From Eledone cirrhosa (Eukaryota), in contig OZ024740.1 of NCBI GenBank assembly GCA_964016885.1, forward strand, positions 25,358,001 to 25,422,000: a DNA stretch of 64,000 bases. The letters run 5' to 3'. Below the pieces are notes generated by a model, which was given only the letters and a program-made list of their open reading frames with translations, made no database searches and was not told where the DNA came from. Below are positions 25,001-38,050 of the stretch, piece after piece (position 1 is the first letter of the stretch; each line of letters begins with the position of its first letter). Position numbers and translations under genes: made by a program.

Positions 25001-28000
25001 GTGTTGTATGTGGCTGTGTGGCTGTGTTGTATGTGGCTGTGTTGTATGTGGCTGTGTTTTATGTGGCTGTGTTATATGTGGCTGTGTTATATGTGGCTGT
25101 GTTGTATGTGGCTGTGTTATATGTGGCTGTGTTATGTGTGGCTGTGTTGTATGTGGCTGTGTTATATGGCTGTGTTGTATGTGTCGGTGTTGTATGTGGC
25201 TGTGTTGTATGTGGCTGTGTTTTATGTGGCTGTGTTATATGTGGCTGTGTTGTATGTGGCTGTGTTATATGTGGCTGTGTTATATGTGGCTGTGTTGTAT
25301 GTGGCTGTGTTGTATGTGGCTGTGTTATATGGGGCTGTGTTGTATGTGGCTGTGTTGTACTTGGCTGTGTTGTATGTGGCTGTGTGGCTGTGTTGTATGT
25401 GGCTGTGTGGCTGTGTTGTATGTGGTTGTGTTGTATGTGACTGTGTTATATGTGGCTGTGTTATGTGTGGCTGTTATATGTGGCTGTGTTGTATGTGGTT
25501 GTGTTGTATGTGACTGTGTTATATGTGGCTGTGTTGTGTGGCTGTGTTGTATGTGGCTGTGTTATGTGTGGCTGTGTTGTATGTGGGTGTGTTATATGGC
25601 TGTGTCGTATGTGGTTGTGTTGCATGCGGCTGTGTTGTATGTGGTTGTGCTGCATGCGGCTGTTTCGCATGTGGCTGTGTTGCATGTGGCTGTGTTGTAT
25701 GTGGTTGTGTTGCATGCGGCTGTGTCGCATGTGGCTGTGTTATATATGGCTGTGTTGTATGTGGCTGTGTTATATGTGGCTGTGTTGTATGTGGCTGTGT
25801 TGTATGTGGTTGTGTTATATGTGTTTATGTTGTATGTGGCTGTGTTATATGTGGTTGTGTTATATGTGGCTGTGTTGTATGTGGCTGTGTTATATGTGGC
25901 TGTGTTATATGTGGTTGTGTTGTATGTGGCTGTGTTGTATGTGGTTGTGTTATATGTGGCTGTGTTATATATGGCTGTGTTTTATGTGGCTGTGTTATGT
26001 GTGCCTGTGTTATATATTGCTGTGTTGTGTGTGGCTGTGTTCTATGTGGCTGAGTTGTGTTGTATGTGGCGGTGTTGTATGTGGCTGTGTTGTATGTGGC
26101 CGTGTTGTATGTGACTGTGTTATATGTGGCTGTGTTATGTGTGGCTGTGTTATATGTGGCCGTGTTGTATGTGGCTGTGTTGTATGTGGCTGTGTTGTAT
26201 GTGGCTTTATTGTATGTGGCTGTGTTGTATGTGGCTCTGTTGTATGTGGCTGTGTTATATGTGGTTGTGTTGTATGTGGCTGTCTTGTATGTGGCTGTGT
26301 TGTATGTGGCTGTGTTATGTGTGGCTGTGTTATATGTGGCTGTGTTATATGTGGCTGTGTTCTATATGGTTGTGTTGTATGTGGCTGTGTTGTGTGTGGC
26401 TGTGTTGTATGTGGCTGTGTTATATGTGGCTGTGTTATATGTGGCTGTGTTATATGATGCTGTGTTGTATGTGGCTGTGTTGTATGTGGTTGTGTTATAT
26501 GTGGTTGTGTTGTATGTGGTTGTGATGTATGTGGCTGTGTTATATGTGGTTGTGTTGTATGTGGTTGTGTTGTATGTGGCTGTGTTGTATGTGGCTGTGT
26601 TATATGTGGCTGTGTTGTATGTGGTTGTGTTGGATGTGATTGTGTTATATGTGGTTGTGTTATATGTGGTTGTGTTATATGTGCCTGTGTTATATGTGCC
26701 TGTGTTATATGTGGCTGTGTTGTATTTGGCTCTGTTGTATGTGGCTGTGTTGTATGTGGCTGTGTTGCATGTGGCTGTGTCGTATGTGGCTGTGTTGTAT
26801 GTGGCTGTGTTATATGTGGCTGTGTTCTATGTGCCTGTGTTATATGTGGTTGTGTTATGTGTGGCTGTGTTGTATGTGGTTGTGATGTATGTGGCTGTGT
26901 TATATGTGGTTGTGTTGTATGTGGTTGTGTTGTATGTGGCTGTGTTGTATGTGGCTGTGTTATATGTGGCTGTGTTGTATGTGGCTGTGTTGTAGGTGGC
27001 TGTGTTCTATGTGGCTGTGTTGTATGTGGTTGTGTTATATGTGGCTGTGTTATATGTGGCTGTGTTGTATGTGGCTGTGTTGTATGTGTCTGTGTTATAT
27101 GTGGCTGTGTTATATGTGGCTGTGTTGTATGTGGCTGTGTTGTATGTGGTTGTGTTCTATGTGGCTGTGTTGTATGTGGCTGTGTTGTATGTGGTTGTGT
27201 TATATGTGGCTGTGTTACGTGTGCCTGTGTTGTATGTGCCTGTGTTATATGTGGCTGTGTTATATATGGCTGTGTTATATGTGGCTGTGTTGTATGTGGC
27301 TGTGTTTTGTGTGGCTGTGTTGTGTGTGGCTGTGTTCTATGTGGCTGAGTTGTGTTGTATGTGGCGGTGTTGTATGTGGCTGTGTTGTATGTGGCTGTGT
27401 TGTATGTGGCTGTGTTGTATGTGGCTGTGTTGTATGTGGCTGTGTTGTATGTGGCTGTGTTATGTGTGGCTGTGTTATATGTGGCAGTGTTATGTGTGGC
27501 TGTGTTATGTGTGGCTGTGTTGTATGTGGCTGTGTTGTATGTGGCTGTTTTATATGTGGCTGTGTTGTATGTGGCTGTGTTGTATGTGGCTGTGTTGTGT
27601 GTGGGTGTGTTATATGTGGCTGTGTTGTATGTGGTTGTGTTATGTGTGGCTGTGTTGTATGTGGCTGTGTTATATGTGGCTGTGTTATGTGTGCCTGTGT
27701 TATATGTGGCTGTGTTTTATGTGTCTGAGTTGTATGTGGCTGTGTTGTATGTGGCTGTTTTGTACGTGTCTGTGTTGTATGTGGCTGTGTTATATGAGGC
27801 CGTGTTGTATGTGGCTGTGTTATATGTGGCTGTGTTGTATGTGGCTGTGTTATGTGTGCGTGTGTTATATGTGGCTGTGTCGTATGTGGTTGTGTTATGT
27901 GTGCCTGTATTATATGTGGCTGTGTTGTATGTGTCTGTGTTGTATGTGGCTGTGTTATATGTGACTGTGTTGTATGAGGCTGTGTTGTATGTGACTTTGA

Positions 28001-30259
28001 TATGTGTGTCGGTGTTGTATGTGGCTGTGCTATATGTGGCTGTGTTATGTGTGGCTGTGTTATATGTGGCTGTGTTGTATGTGGTTGTGTTGTATGTGGC
28101 TGTGTTGTATGTGGCTGTGTTATATGTGGCTGTGTTGTATGTGGTTGTGTTGTATGTGATTGTGTTATATGTGGTTGTGTTATATGTGGTTGTGTTATAT
28201 GTGCCTGTGTTGTATGTGCCTGTGTTATATGTGGCTGTGTTGTATGTGGCTCTGTTGTATGTGGCTGTGTTGTATGTGGCTGTGTTGCATGTGGCTGTGT
28301 CGTATGTGGCTGTGTTGTATGTGGCTGTGTTATATCTGGCTGTGTTCTATGTGCCTGTGTTATATGTGGTTGTGTTATGTGTGGCTGTGTTGTATGTGGT
28401 TGTGATGTATGTGGCTGTGTTATATGTGGTTGTGTTGTATGTGGTTGTGTTGTATGTGGCTGTGTTGTATGTGGCTGTGTTATATGTGGCTGTGTTGTAT
28501 GTGGCTGTGTTGTATGTGGCTGTGTTCTATGTGGCTGTGTTGTATGTGGTTGTCTTATATGTGGCTGTGTTATATGTGGCTGTGTTGTATGTGGCTGTGT
28601 TGTATGTGCCTGTGTTATATGTGGCTGTGTTATATGTGGCTGTGTTGTATGTGGCTGTGTTGTATGTGGTTGTGTTCTATGTGGCTGTGTTGTATGTGGC
28701 TGTGTTGTATGTGGTTGTGTTATATGTGGCTGTATTACGTGTGGCTGTGTTATATGTGGCTGTGTTGTATGTGGTTGTGTTGTATGTGGCTGTGTTGTAT
28801 GTGGCTGTGTTATATGTGGCTGTGTTGTATGTGGTTGTGTTGTATGTGATTGTGTTATATGTGGTTGTGTTATATGTGGTTGTGTTATATGTGCCTGTGT
28901 TATATGTGCCTGTGTTATATGTGGCTGTGTTGTATGTGGCTCTGTTGTATGTGGCTGTGTTGTATGTGGCTGTGTTGCATGTGGCTGTGTCGTATGTGGC
29001 TGTGTTGTATGTGGCTGTGTTATATGTGGCTGTGTTCTATGTGCCTGTGTTATATGTGGTTGTGTTATGTGTGGCTGTGTTGTATGTGGTTGTGATGTAT
29101 GTGGCTGTGTTATATGTGGTTGTGTTGTATGTGGTTGTGTTGTATGTGGCTGTGTTGTATGTGGCTGTGTTATATGTGGCTGTGTTGTATGTGGCTGTGT
29201 TGTATGTGGCTGTGTTATATGTGGCTGTGTTGCATGTGGCTGTGTTGTATGTGGTTGTGTTCTATGTGGCTGTGTTGTATGTGGCTGTGTTGTATGTGGT
29301 TGTGTTATATGTGGCTGTGTTACGTGTGCCTGTGTTGTATGTGCCTGTGTTATATGTGGCTGTGTTATATATGGCTGTGTTATATGTGGCTGTGTTGTAT
29401 GTGGCTGTGTTCTATGTGGCTGAGTTGTGTTGTATGTGGCGGTGTTGTATGTGGCTGTGTTGTATGTGGCTGTGTTGTATGTGGCTGTGTTATGTGTGGC
29501 TGTGTTATATGTGGCTGTGTTATGTGTGGCTGTGTTATGTGTGGCTGTGTTGTATGTGGCTGTGTTGTATGTGGCTGTGTTGTATGTGGCTGTGTTGTAT
29601 GTGGCTGTGTTGTATGTGGCTGTGTTATGTGTGGCTGTGTTGTATGTGGCTGTGTTATGTGTGGGTGTGTTATATGTGGCTGTGTTGTATGTGGTTGTGT
29701 TATGTGTGGCTGTGTTGTATGTGGCTGTGTTATATGTGGCTGTGTTATGTGTGCCTGTGTTATATGTGGCTGTGTTTTATGTGTCTGAGTTGTACGTGGC
29801 TGTGTTGTATGTGGCTGTGTTATATGTGGCTGTGTTGTATGTGGCTGTTTTGTACGTGTCTGTGTTGTATGTGGCTGTGTTATATGAGGCCGTGTTGTAT
29901 GTGGCTGTGTTATATGTGGCTGTGTTGTGTGTGTCTGTGTTATATGAGGCCGTGTTGTATGTGGCTGTGTTATATGTGGCTGTGTTGTATGTGGCTGTGT
30001 TATGTGTGCCTGTGTTATATGTGGCTGTGTCGTATGTGGTTGTGTTATGTGTGCCTGTATTATATGTGGCTGTGTTGTATGTGTCTGTGTTGTATGTGGC
30101 TGTGTTATATGTGGCTGTGTTGTATGAGGCTGTGTTGTATGTGACTTTGATATGTGCGTCGGTGTTGTATGTGGCTGTGCTATATGTGGCTGTGTTATGT
30201 GTGGCTGTGTTATATGTGGCTGTGTTACATGTGGCTGTGTTGTATGTGGCTGTGTTGTA

Positions 30260-33200
30260 TGTGGCTGTGTTATATATGGCTGTGTTGTATGTGGCTGTGT
30301 TGTATGTGGCTGTGTTGTATGTGGCTGTCTTGTATGTGGCTGTGTTGTATGTGGCTGTGTTATGTGTGGCTGTGTTGTATGTGGCTGTGTTGTATGTGAC
30401 TGTGTTGTATGTGGCTGTGTTGTATGTGGCTGTGTTATGTGTGCCTGTGTTATATGTGGCTGTGTTATGTGTGGCTGTGTTATATGTGGCTGTGTTATGT
30501 GTGACTGTGTTATATGTGGCTGTGTTGTATGTGGCTGTGTTGTATGTGACTTTGATATGTGCGTCGGTGTTGTATGTGGCTGTGCTATATGTGGCTGTGT
30601 TATGTGTGGCTGTGTTATATGTGGCTGTGTTACATGTGGCTGTGTTATATGTGGTTGTGTTATATGTGGCTGTGTCGCATGTGGCTGTGTTACATGTGGC
30701 TGTGTTATATATGGCTGTGTTGTATGTGGCTGTGTTGTATGTGGCTGTGTTGTATGTGGCTGTGTTATATATTGCTGTGTTGTATGTGGCTGTTATGTGT
30801 GCCTGTGTTATATATGGCTGTGTTATATGTGGCTGTGTCGCATGTGGCTGTGTTGTATGTGGCTGTGTTATATATGGCTGTGTTATATGTGGCTGTGTTG
30901 TATGTGGCTGTGTTGTATGTGGTTGTGTTATATGTGGTTGTGTTGTATGTGGCTGTGTTATATGTGGTTGTGTTATATGTGGCTGTGTTGTATGGCTGTG
31001 TTGTATGTGGTTGTGTTATATGTGGCTGTGTCGCATGTGGCTGTGTTGTATGTGGCTGTGTTATATATGGCTGTGTTGTATGTGGCTGTGTTATATGTGG
31101 CTGTGTTGTATGTGGCTGTGTTGTATGTGGTTGTGTTATATGTGGTTGTGTTGTATGTGGCTGTGTTATATGTGGTTGTGTTATATGTGGCTGTGTTGTA
31201 TGTGGCTGTGTTATATGTGGCTGTGTTATATGTGGTTGTGTTGTATGTGGCTGTGTTATATGTGGCTGTGTTATATGTGGTTGAGTTGTATGTGGCTGTG
31301 TTATATGTGGCTGTGTTGTATGTGGCTGTGTTGTATGTGGTTGTGTTATATGTGGCTGTGTTATATATGGCTGTGTTGTATGTGGCTGTGTTATGTGTGC
31401 CTGTGTTATATATTGCTGTGTTGTGTGTGGCTGTGTTCTATGTGGCTGAGTTGTGTTGTATGTGGCGGTGTTGTATGTGGCTGTGTTGTATGTGGTTGTG
31501 TTGTATGTGGTTGTGTTGTATGTGGCTGTGTTGTATGTGGCTGTGTTGTATGTGGCTGTGCTATATGTGGCTGTGTTATGTGTGGCTGTGTTATATGTGG
31601 CTGTGTTACATGTGGCTGTGTTGTATGTGGATGTGTTGTATGTGGCTGTGTTGTATGTGGCTGTGTTGTATGTGGCTGTGTTGTATATGGTTGTGTTGCA
31701 TGTGGCTGTGTTGTATGTTGCTGTGTTGTATGTGGCTGTGTTATATATTGCTGTGTTGTATGTGGCTGTTATGTGTGCCTGTGTTATATATGGCTGTGTT
31801 GTGTGTGGGTGTGTTCTATGTGGCTGAGTTGTGTTGTATGTGGCCGTGTTGTATGTGGCGGTGTTGTATGTGGCTGTGTTGTATGTGGCTGTGTTATATG
31901 TGGCTGTGTTGTATGTGGCTGTCTTGTATGTGGCTGTGTTGTATGTGGCTGTGTTATGTGTGGCTGTGTTGTATGTGGCTGTGTTGTATGTGACTGTGTT
32001 GTATGTGGCTGTGTTATATGTGGCTGTGTTATATGTGGCTGTGTTGTATGTGGCTGTCTTGTATGTGGCTGTGTTGTATGTGGCTGTGTTATGTGTGGCT
32101 GTGTTGTATGTGGCTGTGTTGTATGTGACTGTGTTGTATGTGGCTGTGTTGTATGTGGCTGTGTTATGTGTGCCTGTGTTATATGTGGCTGTGTTATGTG
32201 TGGCTGTGTTATATGTGGCTGTGTTATGTGTGACTGTGTTATATGTGGCTGTGTTGTATGTGGCTGTGTTGTATGTGGCTTTGATATGTGTGTCTGTGTT
32301 GTATGTGGCTGTGTTATGTGTGGCTGTGTTATGTGTGGCTGTGTTATATGTGGCCGTGTTATATGTGGCTGTGTTGTATGTGGCTGTGTTATGTGTGCCT
32401 GTGTTATATGTGGCTGTGTTACATGTGGCTGTGTTGTATGTGGATGTGTTGTATGTGGCTGTGTTGTATGTGGCTGTGTTGTATGTGGCTGTGTTGTATA
32501 TGGTTGTGTTGCATGTGGCTGTGTTGTATGTTGCTGTGTTGTATGTGGCTGTGTTATATATTGCTGTGTTGTATGTGGCTGTTATGTGTGCCTGTGTTAT
32601 ATATGGCTGTGTTGTGTGTGGGTGTGTTCTATGTGGCTGAGTTGTGTTGTATGTGGCCGTGTTGTATGTGGCGGTGTTGTATGTGGCTGTGTTGTATGTG
32701 GCTGTGTTGTATGTGGCTGTGTTATATATTGCTGTGTTGTATGTGGCTGTTATGTGTGCCTGTGTTATATATGGCTGTGTTGTGTGTGGCTGTGTTCTAT
32801 GTGGCTGAGTTGTGTTGTATGTGGCGGTGTTGTATGTGGCTGTGTTGTATGTGGCTGTGTTGTATGTGGCTGTGTCGCTGTGTTGTTTGTGGCTGTGTTA
32901 TGTGTGGCTGTGTTATATGTGGCTGTGTTATATGTGGCTGTGTTGTATGTGGTTGTGTTGTATGTGGCTGTGTTGTATGTGGCTGTGTCGCTGTGTTGTA
33001 TGGCTGTGTTGTATGTGGTTGTGTTATATGTGGCTGTGTTGTATGTGGCTGTGTTATGTGTGTCTGTGTTGTATGTGGCTGTGTTATATGTGGCTGTGTT
33101 ATGTGTGGCTGTGTTATATGTGGCCGTGTTATATGAGGCTGTGTTGTATGTGGCTGTGTTATGTGTGCCTGTGTTATATGTGGCTGTGTTGTATGAGGCT

Positions 33201-36200
33201 GTGTTGTATGTGGCTGTGTTGTATGTGGCTGTGTTCTATGTGGCTGTGATGTATGTGGCTGTGTTATATGTGGCTGTGTTATATGTGGCTGTGTTGTATG
33301 TGGCTGTGTTCTATGTGGCTGTGATGTATGTGGCTGTGTTATATGTGGCTGTGTTATATGTGGCTGTGTTGTATGTGGCTGTGTTATATGTGGCTGTGTT
33401 GTATGTGGTTGTGTTGTATGTGGCTGTGTTATATGTGGCTGTGTTATGTGTGACTGTGTTATATGTGGCTGTGTTGTATGTGGCTGTGTTGTATGTGGCT
33501 TTGATATGTGTGTCTGTGTTGTATGTGGCTGTGTTATATGTGGCTGTGTTATGTGTGGCTGTGTTATATGTGGCCGTGTTATATGTGGCTGTGTTGTATG
33601 TGGCTGTGTTATGTGTGCCTGTGTTATATGTGGCTGTGTTATGTGTGGCTGTGTTATATGTGGCTGTGTTATGTGTGACTGTGTTATATGTGGCTGTGTT
33701 GTAGGTGGCTGTGTTGTATGTGGCTTTGATATGTGTGTCTGTGTTGTATGTGGCTGTGTTATATGTGGCTGTGTTATGTGTGGCTGTGTTATATGTGGCC
33801 GTGTTATATGTGGTTGTGTTGTATGTGGCTGTGTTATATGTGGCTGTGTTATGTGTGACTGTGTTATATGTGGCTGTGTTGTATGTGGCTGTGTTGTATG
33901 TGGCTTTGATATGTGTGTCTGTGTTGTATGTGGCTGTGTTATATGTGGCTGTGTTATGTGTGGCTGTGTTATATGTGGCCGTGTTATATGTGGCTGTGTT
34001 GTATGTGGCTGTGTTATGTGTGCCTGTGTTATATGTGGCTGTGTTATGTGTGGCTGTGTTATATGTGGCTGTGTTATGTGTGACTGTGTTATATGTGGCT
34101 GTGTTGTATGTGGCTGTGTTGTATGTGGCTTTGATATGTGTGTCTGTGTTGTATGTGGCTGTGTTATGTGTGGCTGTGTTATGTGTGGCTGTGTTATATG
34201 TGGCCGTGTTATATGTGGCTGTGTTGTATGTGGCTGTGTTATGTGTGCCTGTGTTATATGTGGCTGTGTTGTGTGGCTGTGTTGTATGTGGCTGTGTTGT
34301 ATGAGGCTGTGTTATGTGTGGCTGTGTTGTATGTGGCTGTGTTATATGGCTGTGTTGTATGTGGTTGTGTTGCATGCGGCTGTGTTGTATGTGGTTGTGC
34401 TGCATGCGGCTGTGTCGCATGTGGCTGTGTTGTATGTGGCTGTGTTATGTGTGGCTGTGTTGTATGTGGCTGTGTTATATGGCTGTGTTGTATGTGGCTG
34501 TGTTGCATGTGGCTGTGTTGTATGTGGTTGTGTTGCATGCGGCTGTGTCGCATGTGGCTGTGTTGTATGTGGCTGTGTTATATATGGCTGTGTTGTATGT
34601 GGCTGTGTTATATGTGGCTGTGTTGTATGTGGCTGTGTTGTATGTGGTTGTGTTATATGTGGTTGTGTTGTATGTGGCTGTGTTATATGTGGTTGTGTTA
34701 TATGTGGCTGTGTTGTATGTGGCTGTGTTATATGTGGCTGTGTTATATGTGGTTGTGTTGTATGTGGCTGTGTTATATGTGGCTGTGTTATATGTGGTTG
34801 AGTTGTATGTGGCTGTGTTATATGTGGCTGTGTTGTATGTGGCTGTGTTGTATGTGGTTGTGTTATATGTGGCTGTGTTATATATGGCTGTGTTGTATGT
34901 GGCTGTGTTATGTGTGCCTGTGTTATATATTGCTGTGTTGTGTGTGGCTGTGTTCTATGTGGCTGAGTTGTGTTGTATGTGGCGGTGTTGTATGTGGCTG
35001 TGTTGTATGTGGCCGTGTTGTATGTGACTGTGTTATATGTGGCTGTGTTATGTGTGGCTGTGTTATATGTCGCCGTGTTGTATGTGGTTGTGTTGTATGT
35101 GGCTGTGTTGTATGTGGCTTTATTGTATGTGGCTGTGTTGTATGAGGCTGTGTTGTATGTGGCTGTGTTATATGTGGCTGTGTTGTATGTGGCTGTCTTG
35201 TATGTGGCTGTGTTGTATGTGGCTGTGTTATGTGTGGCTGTGTTGTATGTGGCTGTGTTGTATGTGACTGTGTTGTATGTGGCTGTGTTATATGTGGCTG
35301 TGTTATATGTGGCTGTGTTGTATGTGGCTGTCTTGTATGTGGCTGTGTTGTATGTGGCTGTGTTATGTGTGGCTGTGTTGTATGTGGCTGTGTTGTATGT
35401 GACTGTGTTGTATGTGGCTGTGTTGTATGTGGCTGTGTTATGTGTGCCTGTGTTATATGTGGCTGTGTTATGTGTGGCTGTGTTATATGTGGCTGTGTTA
35501 TGTGTGACTGTGTTATATGTGGCTGTGTTGTATGTGGCTGTGTTGTATGTGGCTTTGATATGTGTGTCTGTGTTGTATGTGGCTGTGTTATGTCGCTGTG
35601 TTATATATGGCTGTGTTGTATGTGGCTGTGTTATATGTGGCTGTGTTGTATGTGGCTGTGTTGTATGTGGTTGTGTTATATGTGGTTGTGTTGTATGTGG
35701 CTGTGTTATATGTGGTTGTGTTATATGTGGCTGTGTTGTATGGCTGTGTTGTATGTGGTTGTGTTATATGTGGCTGTGTCGCATGTGGCTGTGTTGTATG
35801 TGGCTGTGTTATATATGGCTGTGTTGTATGTGGCTGTGTTGTATGTGGCTGTGTTGTATGTGGCTGTCTTGTATGTGGCTGTGTTGTATGTGGCTGTGTT
35901 ATGTGTGGCTGTGTTGTATGTGGCTGTGTTGTATGTGACTGTGTTGTATGTGGCTGTGTTGTATGTGGCTGTGTTATGTGTGCCTGTGTTATATGTGGCT
36001 GTGTTATGTGTGGCTGTGTTATATGTGGCTGTGTTATGTGTGACTGTGTTATATGTGGCTGTCTTGTATGTGGCTGTGTTGTATGTGGCTTTGATATGTG
36101 TGTCTGTGTTGTATGTGGCTGTGTTATGTCGCTGTGTTATATATGGCTGTGTTGTATGTGGCTGTGTTATATGTGGCTGTGTTGTATGTGGCTGTCTTGT

Positions 36201-38050
36201 ATGTGGCTGTGTTGTATGTGGCTGTGTTATGTGTGGCTGTGTTGTATGTGGCTGTGTTGTATGTGACTGTGTTGTATGTGGCTGTGTTGTATGTGGCTTT
36301 GATATGTGTGTCTGTGTTGTATGTGGCTGTGTTATGTCGCTGTGTTATATATGGCTGTGTTGTATGTGGCTGTGTTATATGTGGCTGTGTTGTATGTGGC
36401 TGTGTTGTATGTGGTTGTGTTATATGTGGTTGTGTTGTATGTGGCTGTGTTATATGTGGTTGTGTTATATGTGGCTGTGTTGTATGGCTGTGTTGTATGT
36501 GGTTGTGTTATATGTGGCTGTGTCGCATGTGGCTGTGTTGTATGTGGCTGTGTTATATATGGCTGTGTTGTATGTGGCTGTGTTGTATGTGGCTGTGTTG
36601 TATGTGGCTGTCTTGTATGTGGCTGTGTTGTATGTGGCTGTGTTATGTGTGGCTGTGTTGTATGTGGCTGTGTTGTATGTGACTGTGTTGTATGTGGCTG
36701 TGTTGTATGTGGCTGTGTTATGTGTGCCTGTGTTATATGTGGCTGTGTTATGTGTGGCTGTGTTATATGTGGCTGTGTTATGTGTGACTGTGTTATATGT
36801 GGCTGTGTTGTATGTGGCTGTGTTGTATGTGACTTTGATATGTGCGTCGGTGTTGTATGTGGCTGTGCTATATGTGGCTGTGTTATGTGTGGCTGTGTTA
36901 TATGTGGCTGTGTTACATGTGGCTGTGTTATATGTGGTTGTGTTATATGTGGCTGTGTCGCATGTGGCTGTGTTACATGTGGCTGTGTTATATATGGCTG
37001 TGTTGTATGTGGCTGTGTTGTATGTGGCTGTGTTGTATGTGGCTGTGTTATATATTGCTGTGTTGTATGTGGCTGTTATGTGTGCCTGTGTTATATATGG
37101 CTGTGTTATATGTGGCTGTGTCGCATGTGGCTGTGTTGTATGTGGCTGTGTTATATATGGCTGTGTTATATGTGGCTGTGTTGTATGTGGCTGTGTTGTA
37201 TGTGGTTGTGTTATATGTGGTTGTGTTGTATGTGGCTGTGTTATATGTGGTTGTGTTATATGTGGCTGTGTTGTATGGCTGTGTTGTATGTGGTTGTGTT
37301 ATATGTGGCTGTGTCGCATGTGGCTGTGTTGTATGTGGCTGTGTTATATATGGCTGTGTTGTATGTGGCTGTGTTATATGTGGCTGTGTTGTATGTGGCT
37401 GTGTTGTATGTGGTTGTGTTATATGTGGTTGTGTTGTATGTGGCTGTGTTATATGTGGTTGTGTTATATGTGGCTGTGTTGTATGTGGCTGTGTTATATG
37501 TGGCTGTGTTATATGTGGTTGTGTTGTATGTGGCTGTGTTATATGTGGCTGTGTTATATGTGGTTGAGTTGTATGTGGCTGTGTTATATGTGGCTGTGTT
37601 GTATGTGGCTGTGTTGTATGTGGTTGTGTTATATGTGGCTGTGTTATATATGGCTGTGTTGTATGTGGCTGTGTTATGTGTGCCTGTGTTATATATTGCT
37701 GTGTTGTGTGTGGCTGTGTTCTATGTGGCTGAGTTGTGTTGTATGTGGCGGTGTTGTATGTGGCTGTGTTGTATGTGGCCGTGTTGTATGTGACTGTGTT
37801 ATATGTGGCTGTGTTATGTGTGGCTGTGTTATATGTCGCCGTGTTGTATGTGGTTGTGTTGTATGTGGCTGTGTTGTATGTGGCTTTATTGTATGTGGCT
37901 GTGTTGTATGAGGCTGTGTTGTATGTGGCTGTGTTATATGTGGCTGTGTTGTATGTGGCTGTCTTGTATGTGGCTGTGTTGTATGTGGCTGTGTTATGTG
38001 TGGCTGTGTTGTATGTGGCTGTGTTGTATGTGACTGTGTTGTATGTGGCT
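30260..38050 (+). repeat. Dispersed higher-order duplications with offsets 6283 and 2766 bp
   Basis: Identical 241-aa translations at 30559 and 36842; pairs 34970/37736 and 35037/37803. Marker GTTGAGTTGTA at ~31280, ~34797 and ~37563. Confidence 0.85.
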